Virus record (IMG/VR): IMGVR_UViG_3300025401_000648
Source of the DNA: a virus
Taxonomy: Duplodnaviria; Caudoviricetes
Direction: 5' to 3' (one strand)
Length of the DNA: 64,000 bases
The position numbers and the translations under genes are program-made. Each line of letters starts with the position of its first letter. Position 1 is the first letter of the stretch. The notes under the pieces were generated by a model that worked only from the letters and a program-made list of their open reading frames with translations, was not told the DNA's origin and searched no databases. Below, in pieces: positions 9,815-18,513 of the stretch.

Positions 9815-10524
9815 ATGATCTCAGGCGGCTCGGGTGGGGGCAAAGGCGCCACAGCGAGATTGAAGTGTATGAAGCGTAGAGGCTTCTTACCACCGTGACG
9901 TGTAAAGCTGTGGGGCACATAGCTGTTGGTAAAGAACAACAAGCCTTCACGGGGAGCAAATATGATACTGCCACTGGCCATGGTGGCATCACGCCCATTG
10001 CGTTCAGGGAGATTGGTCATGTTCTTGCCTGGACGTGGATCGTGTAGCTGTATGATACTGGAATCCTTGGGCACGTCTAGGAAGTAAAAGCCCGATAGTT
10101 GACTGCCATGCCCATGTGTGTGATATTCCATACTGCTGTGCAGGTGATGTTCCTGGCACCATACCTCGGTCATGGCAATCTGTAGATGATCCATGGCATA
10201 GCCCTGACTGTTTAATATGTTCCAGCCAGTCTGTGCCACATAGTCCAAGAAGGGCCGTAGTGCCTCCTCGCCAGTGAGATTGGCAGTTTGATACACGGGG
10301 TATAGGGGATTGAGCTTGGTGCTCTTCCTAGTCAGTGACAGATGCTGTAGACTGATTCCTCGCAATGTGTCCAGGAAATCCTGTTTGACTATGGTATAGG
10401 CTCCGGTGACAAAGTGCTGATGTAGACTCAGTAGATCACCCTGCGGAGGTATTGTGGCCTCGGCTGCAGGTGTTTCACCCATGATGACTTCTGCGGTATG
10501 GTCAGTGGCAGTGGTTGATGTCAA
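9811..10524 (-). CDS. 2OG-Fe(II) oxygenase, TIGR02466-like
   Basis: HTH..SQLSGFYFLDVP, HDPRP, LLFFTNSYVPH, FN. Confidence 0.8.
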   Translation of the reverse strand: MTSTTATDHTAEVIMGETPAAEATIPPQGDLLSLHQHFVTGAYTIVKQDFLDTLRGISLQHLSLTRKSTKLNPLYPVYQTANLTGEEALRPFLDYVAQTGWNILNSQGYAMDHLQIAMTEVWCQEHHLHSSMEYHTHGHGSQLSGFYFLDVPKDSSIIQLHDPRPGKNMTNLPERNGRDATMASGSIIFAPREGLLFFTNSYVPHSFTRHGGKKPLRFIHFNLAVAPLPPPEPPEII

Positions 10525-10817
10525 AGTGTGGGCTCTTGAGGTGGTGTGAGTTGACTGCGATGATAGGCCGCGGCTTCAGCTGCCGCTCTAGCTTCAATGG
10601 CTAGGTTGGCCGCATCCTTGGCTGCGCGATTGGCTGCAGCTTCAGCAGTGATCCTTGCCTGTTCAGCTAGATCCGCGGCTGCTTGAATCTTGGCTTCTAA
10701 CTCCGCACGAGCCCGATCCACAGCAGTGGTGGCCATGACTGATTGTTTTTTGGCCTGAGCAAACAGCTCCTGCTCAGTTTGTTCAATGCGTTGATATAAG
10801 GTACTAAACCATCCCAT
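10521..10817 (-). CDS. Ala-rich coiled-coil hypothetical protein
   Basis: AGGAGA Shine-Dalgarno before ATG 10817; AAA..AA.EA repeats. Confidence 0.65.
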   Translation of the reverse strand: MGWFSTLYQRIEQTEQELFAQAKKQSVMATTAVDRARAELEAKIQAAADLAEQARITAEAAANRAAKDAANLAIEARAAAEAAAYHRSQLTPPQEPTL

Positions 10818-10940
10818 GAGATATCTCCTAATGTGTATATACAGCAATTATATAGGTATATTTACCCCAGGTCAATGTGCATGGTAAAAAATTTCTGTAA
10901 AAAATTTCGTCCAGGGGATCTTTAGAACGCTAGATAGTTT

Positions 10941-11204
10941 TCAAGCGCCAAATCTCAGTAGAAACAAGCTGACACTGCTTTCACGACGAAAAGCCACACC
11001 ACAGTAAAAGGCCTGCTTGAGAGTCCACATATCCCACGTCCAATCCCGATAGTGTGGGCCAACATGACGTTCTAACCATGACTCCACACAGTTGACCTGT
11101 TCAATCCAATCGCCCTGTCCTTGGTGTCTAGGATCTTCTATATAGGGCCATGGAGCAACAGCATGATAGGGTAATACGGGATACTTATCCCAAAGCATGT
11201 GCAT
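10941..11204 (-). CDS. Small hypothetical protein (..WL....W....FLLRF type)
   Basis: Same C-terminal pattern as 25800..26021; TAAATA 5 nt upstream. Confidence 0.6.
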   Translation of the reverse strand: MHMLWDKYPVLPYHAVAPWPYIEDPRHQGQGDWIEQVNCVESWLERHVGPHYRDWTWDMWTLKQAFYCGVAFRRESSVSLFLLRFGA

Positions 11205-11364
11205 AGAAATATTTACGCCAAAACGGAAAAAGGGCCGAGAGTTCCAAGGGCCAGAGCGAAGCGCGGAGCGCGAAAAATTTTAGGGAGAAGATTTTCCGGA
11301 GTGGCCGAGGGATAATATCCATAATACTGAACACGGTACAATCCACAGCGCAGTCTACTGTAAA

Positions 11365-11396
11365 ATCTACAGTGGATCTACAGTGAATCTACAGTA
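11365..11396. repeat. Tandem repeat, 3 x ATCTACAGT, 11-bp period
   Basis: Copies start at 11365, 11376, 11387 in non-coding DNA. Confidence 0.8.
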
Positions 11397-11408
11397 TGCC
11401 CACTGACA

Positions 11409-11858
11409 TCAAAACTGCCAAGACCATCCAAAGCGTAGAACATTATTAGTCACAGCAATGCCCTCTACAATAGTGGTCACAGTGAGTATGTCCCTACGAT
11501 ACTGGGGCAATTGATCAGCTAGTATAAAGATCAAAGGACTTAGCATAAAATGAAGATCCAAGGCCTGAGTAGTGGGATATCTACCTAATAGGGGATTGGT
11601 TTCAAAACAGGCATGATGACACCACCCCGTTTGAGCTATAGTACGAGTAGTGTGCCAATCCATGAACAAGAGAGCGCCTGCCGTATAAGCTAGATGTCGA
11701 TCCTGAGGTGTCCAAGATTCTGCGGCGTTGAGCGTGAGATTTAGGGTGCTAGTGGGTTCTAATGTAGCGTCTACAGTGGTATCCCCAGTGTCAGCATGGG
11801 CAAACACGCTAGCACAAGTGAGTAGGAAGATTATGACGTAGCGTAGATATGGCAGCAT
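11409..11858 (-). CDS. Secreted/membrane hypothetical protein
   Basis: Signal peptide MLPYLRYVIIFLLTCASVFAHA, DW.TT, CFETNPLLG; TAAATA 5 nt upstream of ATG 11858. Confidence 0.6.
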   Translation of the reverse strand: MLPYLRYVIIFLLTCASVFAHADTGDTTVDATLEPTSTLNLTLNAAESWTPQDRHLAYTAGALLFMDWHTTRTIAQTGWCHHACFETNPLLGRYPTTQALDLHFMLSPLIFILADQLPQYRRDILTVTTIVEGIAVTNNVLRFGWSWQF

Positions 11859-12073
11859 GTCTATATTTACTCTTAGGGGCCGGTCTATGCATGCATGAAA
11901 ACCTGTGATAAAAAATAAAAACAACCTGGTGATCTAGATCTGGCGGGTTCTAATATAAGTCGGGTTTTTTTGATGAAATTTTTGGCATTGCTTTTGTTGT
12001 TTTTATACAACAGTTTAATATGCATACCAGGCCCCACCAACCAACCCACCGGTGACCCACCATGCCACCAGTC

Positions 12074-12108
12074 AAAAAAAAGCCCCGTCAACGCCAGCTC
12101 AACGGGGC
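12074..12108 (-). terminator. Rho-independent terminator closing the early minus-strand cluster
   Basis: GCCCCGT/ACGGGGC stem followed by 8 T on the minus strand. Confidence 0.8.
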
Positions 12109-12130
12109 CCAAACGCTCTACGCTAGACTC

Positions 12131-12475
12131 TTAGTCCATACGGCTACCGCTGTAGATCTTAGCCTCAGGGAATATGCTACGGAAGTAGCGAGCAAAAGCT
12201 TCTGCTCCTGCTTCCTTAACAGAGATGCTCTGCGTGGGCAAGCCTGCTGGATCCCACAAGGTCAACGTCTTAGGCCTGTAGCTCTTACGGAAGCCTGCAG
12301 CCATAAGCGCCTTTGCTTCCCGGCTGTTAGTACGCTCTACGAAGATGTCCACCCAGCCAAAGCCACAAGCGTCACGCTCGCCTACCTGCGCATACATCTG
12401 CTGGGCAGCCGCCACAGCTTCTTGTTGAGCACCCGCCACAGCAGAGATGATCTGCTCTTTAGTAAAACCTTTCAT
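12131..12475 (-). CDS. Hypothetical early protein (CGFGWV type)
   Basis: Own promoter and AAGGAG RBS; DACGFGWVDI motif. Confidence 0.75.
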   Translation of the reverse strand: MKGFTKEQIISAVAGAQQEAVAAAQQMYAQVGERDACGFGWVDIFVERTNSREAKALMAAGFRKSYRPKTLTLWDPAGLPTQSISVKEAGAEAFARYFRSIFPEAKIYSGSRMD

Positions 12476-12531
12476 ACTAGCTCCTTAGTGTGTTGTGTAA
12501 GTCTATATTATAAGGCCCTTTCGGGCCTTTG

Positions 12532-13359
12532 TCAACCGCAGATTGCGTACTCAGCCAGCTCAGCCCAGTTACGACTGCCTGCCCGGCGGATCTTGACGCA
12601 TTGGATCAGAGTACGCAGGCTCAACTCTTTCACACGGTCCTGTACCTCGGCGATCAAGTCCATGGCGTCCTCTTTGTGGACCTGTTCGTACTCGGGCATG
12701 AACTCACCACTGGTCAGTAGGTGACGCATACGTTCAACCTTTTGCTCTGTGGTCATGCTCAAGTCCACACACAGGCTTCGTGTCACAACGGCTTGATCCA
12801 ATTGTGAGGAGCTCATGTTACTGATGAAGACCACACGACCTTTGAAGAGGAATGAGTTAGGCAGGTCCTCGTCCTTAAAGTCCGCACGCCATGTCACCAC
12901 TCGCTGGCTGTATGAATCCAATGCTGTCTTCAGCAGGCTCAAGCTCACTGGATCTTTGAGTACGCTATCACAGTCGTCGAACACTAAGACTGAGTCCTTG
13001 TTTTCATACAGCAAGCGGAACAGACCCTTTGCTGTACTGTAGCCTTTGACCACTGTATAGCTCTTACGAGCGCGGATCTCACCTGCCTCTTGTAGGGTCA
13101 CGTCCGTGAAGCCCCGGGCTCGGAGTGCTTGGACCACAGTATGGCTCTTGCCAAGTCCACCGGGACCGCAGATGATCACTGACGCTTGATCACCACCAGC
13201 CACCATGTTCACCATGTCAGTGACAAAGCCAAAGCGCTGATTGATTGTGAACTTACTGGGCACCACCACATTCTTGGGTGCTGTATAAGTGATAGAGACT
13301 GGACCGCTACCATCTCTGCGTTGACGGGGTGAACCATCGTTTTTGTAACCTCTTGGCAT
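12532..13359 (-). CDS. AAA+ family ATPase
   Basis: Walker A GPGGLGKS, Walker B VLVFDDCD, FKGRVVFISN, TRS. Confidence 0.85.
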   Translation of the reverse strand: MPRGYKNDGSPRQRRDGSGPVSITYTAPKNVVVPSKFTINQRFGFVTDMVNMVAGGDQASVIICGPGGLGKSHTVVQALRARGFTDVTLQEAGEIRARKSYTVVKGYSTAKGLFRLLYENKDSVLVFDDCDSVLKDPVSLSLLKTALDSYSQRVVTWRADFKDEDLPNSFLFKGRVVFISNMSSSQLDQAVVTRSLCVDLSMTTEQKVERMRHLLTSGEFMPEYEQVHKEDAMDLIAEVQDRVKELSLRTLIQCVKIRRAGSRNWAELAEYAICG

Positions 13360-13397
13360 ACTTGCTCCTAGTGTGTGTAAGTGTATATTATACGGCC

Positions 13398-14114
13398 TTA
13401 GGCCGCTTCTGTCAACCGAATTACGAAGCCTGTGTAGTCTTTTTTGGCACGTCCCTTGGCCTTCAAACCAGCGATGCTGCCTTGGGGATCTAGGAAGCGG
13501 AGGTCATGCTCATCAGCATTGATCACTGGGAGACCCATGTGTTCTTCAGGCAGACGATCAAACACCGCCGCAATATTGAGGCCTTGCTCGATGGCTTTGG
13601 CCACATCCGCATCGTTGCCGTCGGCTTTGGAAAATGTCAAGTGGTAGTTCTTGTACTGGCCGACCTTACGACCCAGGACCTTAGTGTAGTCATAGAACTG
13701 TACAGTAGGGAACAGTTCAAAAATGTTCTTGCCCGCTTCAGCTTCGTACTTCTCCCAGCTCAAGTCTGAGGTACCATTCAAGCGGAACACGGGAGTCAAG
13801 CCCTGCCGTTCTGCGAACTTAATACCCCGACGGATGTCTGCGACCAAGTTGGTCATAAACTCTTCACGATTGAAGAAGAACTCCACTGTCTTGCGGATAC
13901 GAGCCTTTTGGATTGTATTGGTATTCTCACCGCGCTTGAACATGCCACCTCTGCCTGCTGTATTAAGGCAAGCGGATGCGCAACCTGCTGTGGCCTTGGG
14001 GCAGGTGTTGCGCCCGCTAAGGGTGGATGGGGCAAGGTGTAGGATGAATGATAGGTAGCCAAGTTTCGTTCCCTTTTGGATCTTGGGATTCGCTGTACTT
14101 AAGAGCTTGAACAT
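13398..14114 (-). CDS. Gene product 88 (GP88)-like protein
   Basis: ILHLAP, CPKATAGCASACLNTAGRG, RLNGTSD, FYDYTK, DLRFLD. Confidence 0.8.
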   Translation of the reverse strand: MFKLLSTANPKIQKGTKLGYLSFILHLAPSTLSGRNTCPKATAGCASACLNTAGRGGMFKRGENTNTIQKARIRKTVEFFFNREEFMTNLVADIRRGIKFAERQGLTPVFRLNGTSDLSWEKYEAEAGKNIFELFPTVQFYDYTKVLGRKVGQYKNYHLTFSKADGNDADVAKAIEQGLNIAAVFDRLPEEHMGLPVINADEHDLRFLDPQGSIAGLKAKGRAKKDYTGFVIRLTEAA

Positions 14115-14156
14115 AGTGTGTGTCCTTTAGTGTGTGTAAGTCTATATTATAAGGCC

Positions 14157-14378
14157 TTAGCCTAGGCTTGTCAACCATTCCTTAACATCAGGATCAACTT
14201 CCATCATGCGATCAAACTGGGCCGCAACCAGCATGTCACGCATGGCATAGTATTCGGCGCCACCCGCACGGCAGAGATCTTCCACGGCATGCATGGAAGG
14301 CATGCGCCATAGCATCTCGCAGATGAACTTTTGGTTGGGTGTGAGACCAGTGATAGTCAATTCGTCGTCGTCTCGCAT
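14157..14378 (-). CDS. Hypothetical early protein
   Basis: 73-aa ORF, TAATG-coupled to the upstream micro-ORF. Confidence 0.7.
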   Translation of the reverse strand: MRDDDELTITGLTPNQKFICEMLWRMPSMHAVEDLCRAGGAEYYAMRDMLVAAQFDRMMEVDPDVKEWLTSLG

Positions 14379-14467
14379 TAGAATTCTCCCATGACAATCA
14401 TGGCCACGAACATGGCCAACAAGGGTGCTCCTAGGACTACGAACAAGTTGAACAAGGCTGTGAACAT
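14378..14467 (-). CDS. 29-aa hydrophobic micropeptide MFTALFNLFVVLGAPLLAMFVAMIVMGEF (not in ORF track)
   Basis: Own promoter 14496-14524, AAGGAG RBS, stop overlaps next ATG. Confidence 0.7.
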   Translation of the reverse strand: MFTALFNLFVVLGAPLLAMFVAMIVMGEF

Positions 14468-14504
14468 TGGGGCTCCTTTTCTAGTGTATGCCTGTATTAT
14501 ACAG

Positions 14505-14702
14505 TCAATCTATTTGGATGTCAACCAAACGGCCTTCTCTAAAGATAAAGTATTCGTTGATAGGGCGGTTGCTGGATCCACGCCACGACCAAATGCAGTC
14601 GTTGCCGGGCATGAGTTCATATTCCTCGATGCCCCGGGCTTTATAGTGCTCGGTGACCAAGAGCACCTCCAAAGGGTTAAGACGTCCGTCGATCATTACC
14701 AT
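14505..14702 (-). CDS. Hypothetical early protein
   Basis: 65-aa ORF overlapping the upstream gene end. Confidence 0.65.
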   Translation of the reverse strand: MVMIDGRLNPLEVLLVTEHYKARGIEEYELMPGNDCIWSWRGSSNRPINEYFIFREGRLVDIQID

Positions 14703-14908
14703 TCTTTGTGATCTCCCAATGCTTCGTTGTCTCTGTAGCCTGCTGAGTAGGCTGTGATTTCCTCAGCGGTCATGTCTTTGAGCTCTACTAGATCTGAGGT
14801 GCTGGTAGCGCCCCGATAGTAGTGAGGATTGTAGGGTCTACGGTAGTAGCTATCGGCACTGCCCCTATCGTAGGGACCTCCGTGTCGTTGATCATATGAT
14901 GTTGCCAT
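14696..14908 (-). CDS. Conserved small phage protein (HGGPYDRGSADSYY type)
   Basis: Own promoter and RBS; recognisable motif. Confidence 0.75.
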   Translation of the reverse strand: MATSYDQRHGGPYDRGSADSYYRRPYNPHYYRGATSTSDLVELKDMTAEEITAYSAGYRDNEALGDHKEW

Positions 14909-14973
14909 TAGTGCTCCTAGTGTGTGTAAGCCTTAATTATACGGTAAAACCAAAGACCCGTCAACCTCTAGGG

Positions 14974-15084
14974 TTATTGATCTTGTCCTAGTAGGAAATC
15001 AAGTAAGTCTATGTCCAAGCGCCAATGGCTGTCATAGACCTGTGATTCTGCCCACATGAGGAATTCGTCGCTGTACTGGTTCAT
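14974..15084 (-). CDS. 36-aa acidic micro-ORF MNQYSDEFLMWAESQVYDSHWRLDIDLLDFLLGQDQ (not in ORF track)
   Basis: TGATG coupling to upstream gene; fills the gap. Confidence 0.55.
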   Translation of the reverse strand: MNQYSDEFLMWAESQVYDSHWRLDIDLLDFLLGQDQ

Positions 15085-15395
15085 CACATGCTCCAGTAGA
15101 GTTCTGAGCTGGGATCGCAAGCTCTGGGACACTCAGTTTCGATGACTACATCAGCGCCTGTCATCAAGCTCTTCACAGTCTTGTAAGTAGGAAAGTATTC
15201 AAACGAGAATCCGTCCTTGGGCTTATACAAGCTCTTGAGCTCACGGACTTCTCGCTCCATACCTGCTTCGTCCCGCCCCGTGAACTGATAAGTGCCAACG
15301 CATCGTTGTCCTACCTTGTTGCGGCTACCGTACTTGGACACCCTAGTCAAGCGCCGATCTGCCTTGTAGATCCGCAGTGTGTACTCTTGTTTCAT
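15084..15395 (-). CDS. Hypothetical early protein
   Basis: Own promoter and RBS. Confidence 0.75.
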   Translation of the reverse strand: MKQEYTLRIYKADRRLTRVSKYGSRNKVGQRCVGTYQFTGRDEAGMEREVRELKSLYKPKDGFSFEYFPTYKTVKSLMTGADVVIETECPRACDPSSELYWSM

Positions 15396-15438
15396 ATCAG
15401 CTCCTTAGTGTCTATGTGTGTATTATAGCACCATTTGA

Positions 15439-15846
15439 TTAGTCTGTCAACTGTCGATCCTTGAAAGTTTCATCATTGGCTAGAGGCTGTAGGAGATGGA
15501 TCAAGCCACCTTCCATGGCACTGAGTTCAGTCTCGCGCTCTAGTCTGATGTAGTTCAAGGTCCATAGGCTGGGAGTGACATTGAAGTGTTCATTCAACCA
15601 CTGCCAGCCCTTGGGATAGATTTGATGCTTCTTAGGCGCCCCGTGTGCCTTGGGCCAATGACTGTCCTGTCGGCTACGGATGAATCCCTTGCCCACATAG
15701 ATTACTCGTTGTTCTTCATCGGTTAGGATGTAGACTCCACGTAGGGTTCTTGGCAGGCTGGCCCAGTCCTGGAATGGCCGGTGTTCAACACGGCAGTCGA
15801 TGTTAAAGAACTCTTGAACCCTTGTGACTGTGTCTAATACTGTCAT
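15439..15846 (-). CDS. GIY-YIG nuclease family protein
   Basis: GVYIL-x7-IYVGKG, R..SH, E...I..LQP. Confidence 0.75.
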   Translation of the reverse strand: MTVLDTVTRVQEFFNIDCRVEHRPFQDWASLPRTLRGVYILTDEEQRVIYVGKGFIRSRQDSHWPKAHGAPKKHQIYPKGWQWLNEHFNVTPSLWTLNYIRLERETELSAMEGGLIHLLQPLANDETFKDRQLTD

Positions 15847-16046
15847 GCCAACTCCTTAAAGGTTCTGTGTCTAAGATCTATGGTGTAGGGCTTCTTCCAC
15901 AGCTCTACCTGTGTGCTGTCCTGTTTCACATAGCCAATAGCCCGTGCTGTACGTCCCCGAGGCGGCTCTGTGAACACATAGACATGATTGGCTGTGGGAT
16001 GCTCACCCCAGTCTGTGGTCTCTTGAAAAATATAGTGTCGAATCAT
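15843..16046 (-). CDS. Hypothetical early protein
   Basis: ATGA-coupled at both ends. Confidence 0.65.
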   Translation of the reverse strand: MIRHYIFQETTDWGEHPTANHVYVFTEPPRGRTARAIGYVKQDSTQVELWKKPYTIDLRHRTFKELA

Positions 16047-16117
16047 AATTTAGTGAGTATCCATACTTTGATTGCAAATATAGCTGCCACTGCCAGTGTG
16101 ATGTAAAGTGTCTGCAT
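16043..16117 (-). CDS. 24-aa hydrophobic micropeptide MQTLYITLAVAAIFAIKVWILTKL (not in ORF track)
   Basis: Own promoter 16146-16174, AAGGAG RBS, ATGA overlap downstream. Confidence 0.7.
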   Translation of the reverse strand: MQTLYITLAVAAIFAIKVWILTKL

Positions 16118-16183
16118 CTTGGGCTCCTTTTTAGTGTATGTGTTAATTATACTGCCATTTTAGTGAGTTGTCAACCAAAGGTG

Positions 16184-16292
16184 AACCCCGCGGCGTTTCA
16201 CAACGGGCGGGGTTCTATGCCCTTGGGACACTACCCCCTCGGGACTTTTGCTCGGGACACTACCCCCGAGGCTGACCAGCATCGCACTGGTC
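16184..16292. repeat. Structured non-coding element: 14-bp direct repeat plus three stems
   Basis: GGGACACTACCCCC at 16225-16238 and 16254-16267; AACCCCGC/GCGGGGTT (16184-16214); GACCAG/CTGGTC (16274-16292). Confidence 0.7.
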
Positions 16293-16300
16293 GGAGCAAT

Positions 16301-16513
16301 CTATGCTGTCTTAAATTCTTTGCCAACGTAAAAATCAATCAATCTACGTTGGATCATTGTTACCAAATCACCTGCGTCATCGGTCACGATGAATCGTACG
16401 GGGCAATTACCCCAGGTGTGCCTGTTCTGAAACTCAGCAAACCAACGCCTATGATCCCTGTTAGTGGGGTCGAAGGCCACATAGGGCCTTCCCAAATATG
16501 CCAGTTTGCTCAT
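16301..16513 (-). CDS. Hypothetical protein
   Basis: Start refined to MSKLAY, 1 nt after the upstream stop. Confidence 0.7.
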   Translation of the reverse strand: MSKLAYLGRPYVAFDPTNRDHRRWFAEFQNRHTWGNCPVRFIVTDDAGDLVTMIQRRLIDFYVGKEFKTA

Positions 16514-16514
16514 A

Positions 16515-16898
16515 TTAGAAGGATGCTTCTTCCATGTCAGCCAACTGCTTCTCAACTTGAGCCTTGGTAACCTTGGCTGCCTTAATCTTGATACCTTCCA
16601 GTGTGGGCTTGGTCTTCACGGCCTTGGCCACTTTCACTGTCTTAGGTGCTTCACTGCGCTTGTCCAACTCGGCTTCCAATGCTGCCTTGGCCGCAGGGTT
16701 CTTGTCGGCAAAGCCAATCTCCAACAATTTTTGAACTGCCTGCTCCTTGGTCAAAGGCTCAGTGAAGGCTTCAATCTGGACATCAGTGTGTCCGCCCTTC
16801 TCAAGAACCTTAACGCGAAGAGCGTCATTGGCAAATCGTGCTTTGTATTCGCCATTCAGTTTAGAATAGCCAGCGTGTGTAAAAGTCTTAGTAGTCAT
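16515..16898 (-). CDS. Lys/Ala-rich hypothetical early protein
   Basis: Promoter 16953-16981 and AGGA RBS. Confidence 0.75.
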   Translation of the reverse strand: MTTKTFTHAGYSKLNGEYKARFANDALRVKVLEKGGHTDVQIEAFTEPLTKEQAVQKLLEIGFADKNPAAKAALEAELDKRSEAPKTVKVAKAVKTKPTLEGIKIKAAKVTKAQVEKQLADMEEASF

Positions 16899-16988
16899 TT
16901 CAATTTCCTATGTGTGTGTTGATCAATCAGTGGCCCATCCACTGTACTTACTATTATACTGCCTTTTGAATTGGCTGTCAACCATTTT

Positions 16989-17180
16989 TTATGAATTAAC
17001 CGTTTCAAAAGGACTGTATTGTTCCTGGGGGAAAGCATCTTCCCATTCCACATTGACCTGTTCAATCCAATCGTAGACCATGTCAATGGGGCACTCCAAC
17101 ATCATGGCAATGGTCTTGGGACTATAACCTTCAATGTATAGTTGCTCAATGTCGTAGCTCAAATCCTTAATTTCAGTCAT
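16989..17180 (-). CDS. Small HTH-like protein
   Basis: IEQLYIEGYSPKTIAMMLECPIDMV resembles a short helix-turn-helix. Confidence 0.55.
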   Translation of the reverse strand: MTEIKDLSYDIEQLYIEGYSPKTIAMMLECPIDMVYDWIEQVNVEWEDAFPQEQYSPFETVNS

Positions 17181-17388
17181 CGTAGGCCTCCTCGCCCATC
17201 TCTGTTACTCGTTCTTCAACCACAACCAAATCAACAATCCTAGCTGTTTGGTCCACGTCGCTGATACCTTGGAATGCTGTGCGGAAACTTTGGTACTCGG
17301 CCAGGAAGTCAAACACAGCCAATTTGTCCCATTCATCAGGAACCTCAAGCTCCTGTGTCAAAACGGTTTGAACTCGTACTGTTTTCAT
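17173..17388 (-). CDS. Hypothetical protein
   Basis: Coupled overlaps at both ends. Confidence 0.65.
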   Translation of the reverse strand: MKTVRVQTVLTQELEVPDEWDKLAVFDFLAEYQSFRTAFQGISDVDQTARIVDLVVVEERVTEMGEEAYDD

Positions 17389-17861
17389 GCTACCTCCTCT
17401 TCAGCGGCCAAAGCCTCTGCCAACGGCACCAACTGCTTATACAACGCTTCATTGCGTTCATGTGTAGTGCCGCAGTACCAAACACCATCTCGCATGATGT
17501 AGTAGTATTCGCCACAGCAGTTATCAACCTGCTCAAAGAACTCTTCAAATGTGTGTGCTACCTTCCAGCTGACATTCTCTTCGCCGCGATCGCGTCCGTA
17601 AAAGGTACACATATCCTCGGTCAGTTGCTTGAACGCTTCTACTTCCTCTGCGGGCAAGACAAACTGGCTAAAGGCGTGCTTCTCGCCAATGTTAGGACGC
17701 AGGCTACTCAAGTCGCCCAGTGCTACGAGGTTATTGGCTTTGGCAGAGTCGTAGTGCTCTTGTAGGATAGCGCCATTGTGTGCCAAGTAGCCGTCCCAGT
17801 GGCAGTAGACTGACTTAACAATGTCACCGTGCATAATCCCAATACGTGAACGTGTTCCCAT
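17385..17861 (-). CDS. Conserved phage early protein (MGTRSRIG..YCHWDGY type)
   Basis: Recognisable motif; own promoter and RBS. Confidence 0.8.
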   Translation of the reverse strand: MGTRSRIGIMHGDIVKSVYCHWDGYLAHNGAILQEHYDSAKANNLVALGDLSSLRPNIGEKHAFSQFVLPAEEVEAFKQLTEDMCTFYGRDRGEENVSWKVAHTFEEFFEQVDNCCGEYYYIMRDGVWYCGTTHERNEALYKQLVPLAEALAAEEEVA

Positions 17862-17890
17862 GTAGTGCTCCTAGTGTGTGTAAGTGTTAA

Positions 17891-18109
17891 TTATACAGTA
17901 ACTCGATGCCAGCTGTCAACCGAACTAACGGCATCCCAAACAGCTTCGCGCACCGCTGTGTCTGTAGCCTCGCTGTAGACTTCTTCCTTGCTCACAGCAA
18001 TCAACAGGTTCATCACAGTGGCCCAGTTCAGAAAACGCTTGTTGGCCATCTCAACAATGTCGTTGATCACAGCATTGCCAGCATCTGTGAACATTCCATA
18101 GTCTTTCAT
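17891..18109 (-). CDS. Hypothetical early protein
   Basis: Own promoter and RBS; its stop overlaps the next -10 box. Confidence 0.75.
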   Translation of the reverse strand: MKDYGMFTDAGNAVINDIVEMANKRFLNWATVMNLLIAVSKEEVYSEATDTAVREAVWDAVSSVDSWHRVTV

Positions 18110-18170
18110 ATCAGCTCCTAGTGTGTGTAAGTCTTAATTATAACACAGGCCTGAGCCTGTGTCAACTCGT

Positions 18171-18461
18171 TTATGCGTGTTCTTTGTCTTCGACTAAGGT
18201 CAACATGTTAGCGGGCACACGCCAAAGTCCCTGCACGGTCTTGACTGTGACATACTTGATGGCGATCTTTGTAACAAAGCCAGTGATGTTCTGTCCAGTC
18301 TTGTTAGATGTGAAGCTGACGTTGTCGCCAACCATCAAACTACGGATTGTGGTCTTCTGCAGACGCGATTTGGCATACTTGACAGCATCGATGATGCTGG
18401 ACAATTCACTGTTGGTAAACGAACCAAACATGATTGCACTGTTGATTTTTTCGATATCCAT
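18171..18461 (-). CDS. Hypothetical protein with SH3/KOW-like C-terminus
   Basis: VGDNVSF...G.VTKI..K.VTV; own promoter. Confidence 0.7.
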   Translation of the reverse strand: MDIEKINSAIMFGSFTNSELSSIIDAVKYAKSRLQKTTIRSLMVGDNVSFTSNKTGQNITGFVTKIAIKYVTVKTVQGLWRVPANMLTLVEDKEHA

Positions 18462-18513
18462 GATAGCTCCTAGTGTGTGTAAGTCTTAATTATACTGCCC
18501 TTTGGCTGTCTTG

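Noticed and set aside
12062-12724. 220-aa plus-strand ORF
   Set aside because: Antisense to two promoter- and RBS-supported genes and crosses a terminator; no motifs.
15439-15846. GIY-YIG and HNH (41712) genes as mobile homing elements
   Set aside because: Both are short, free-standing, lack the extended DNA-binding tails of typical homing endonucleases, and interrupt no gene; kept as plain CDS.
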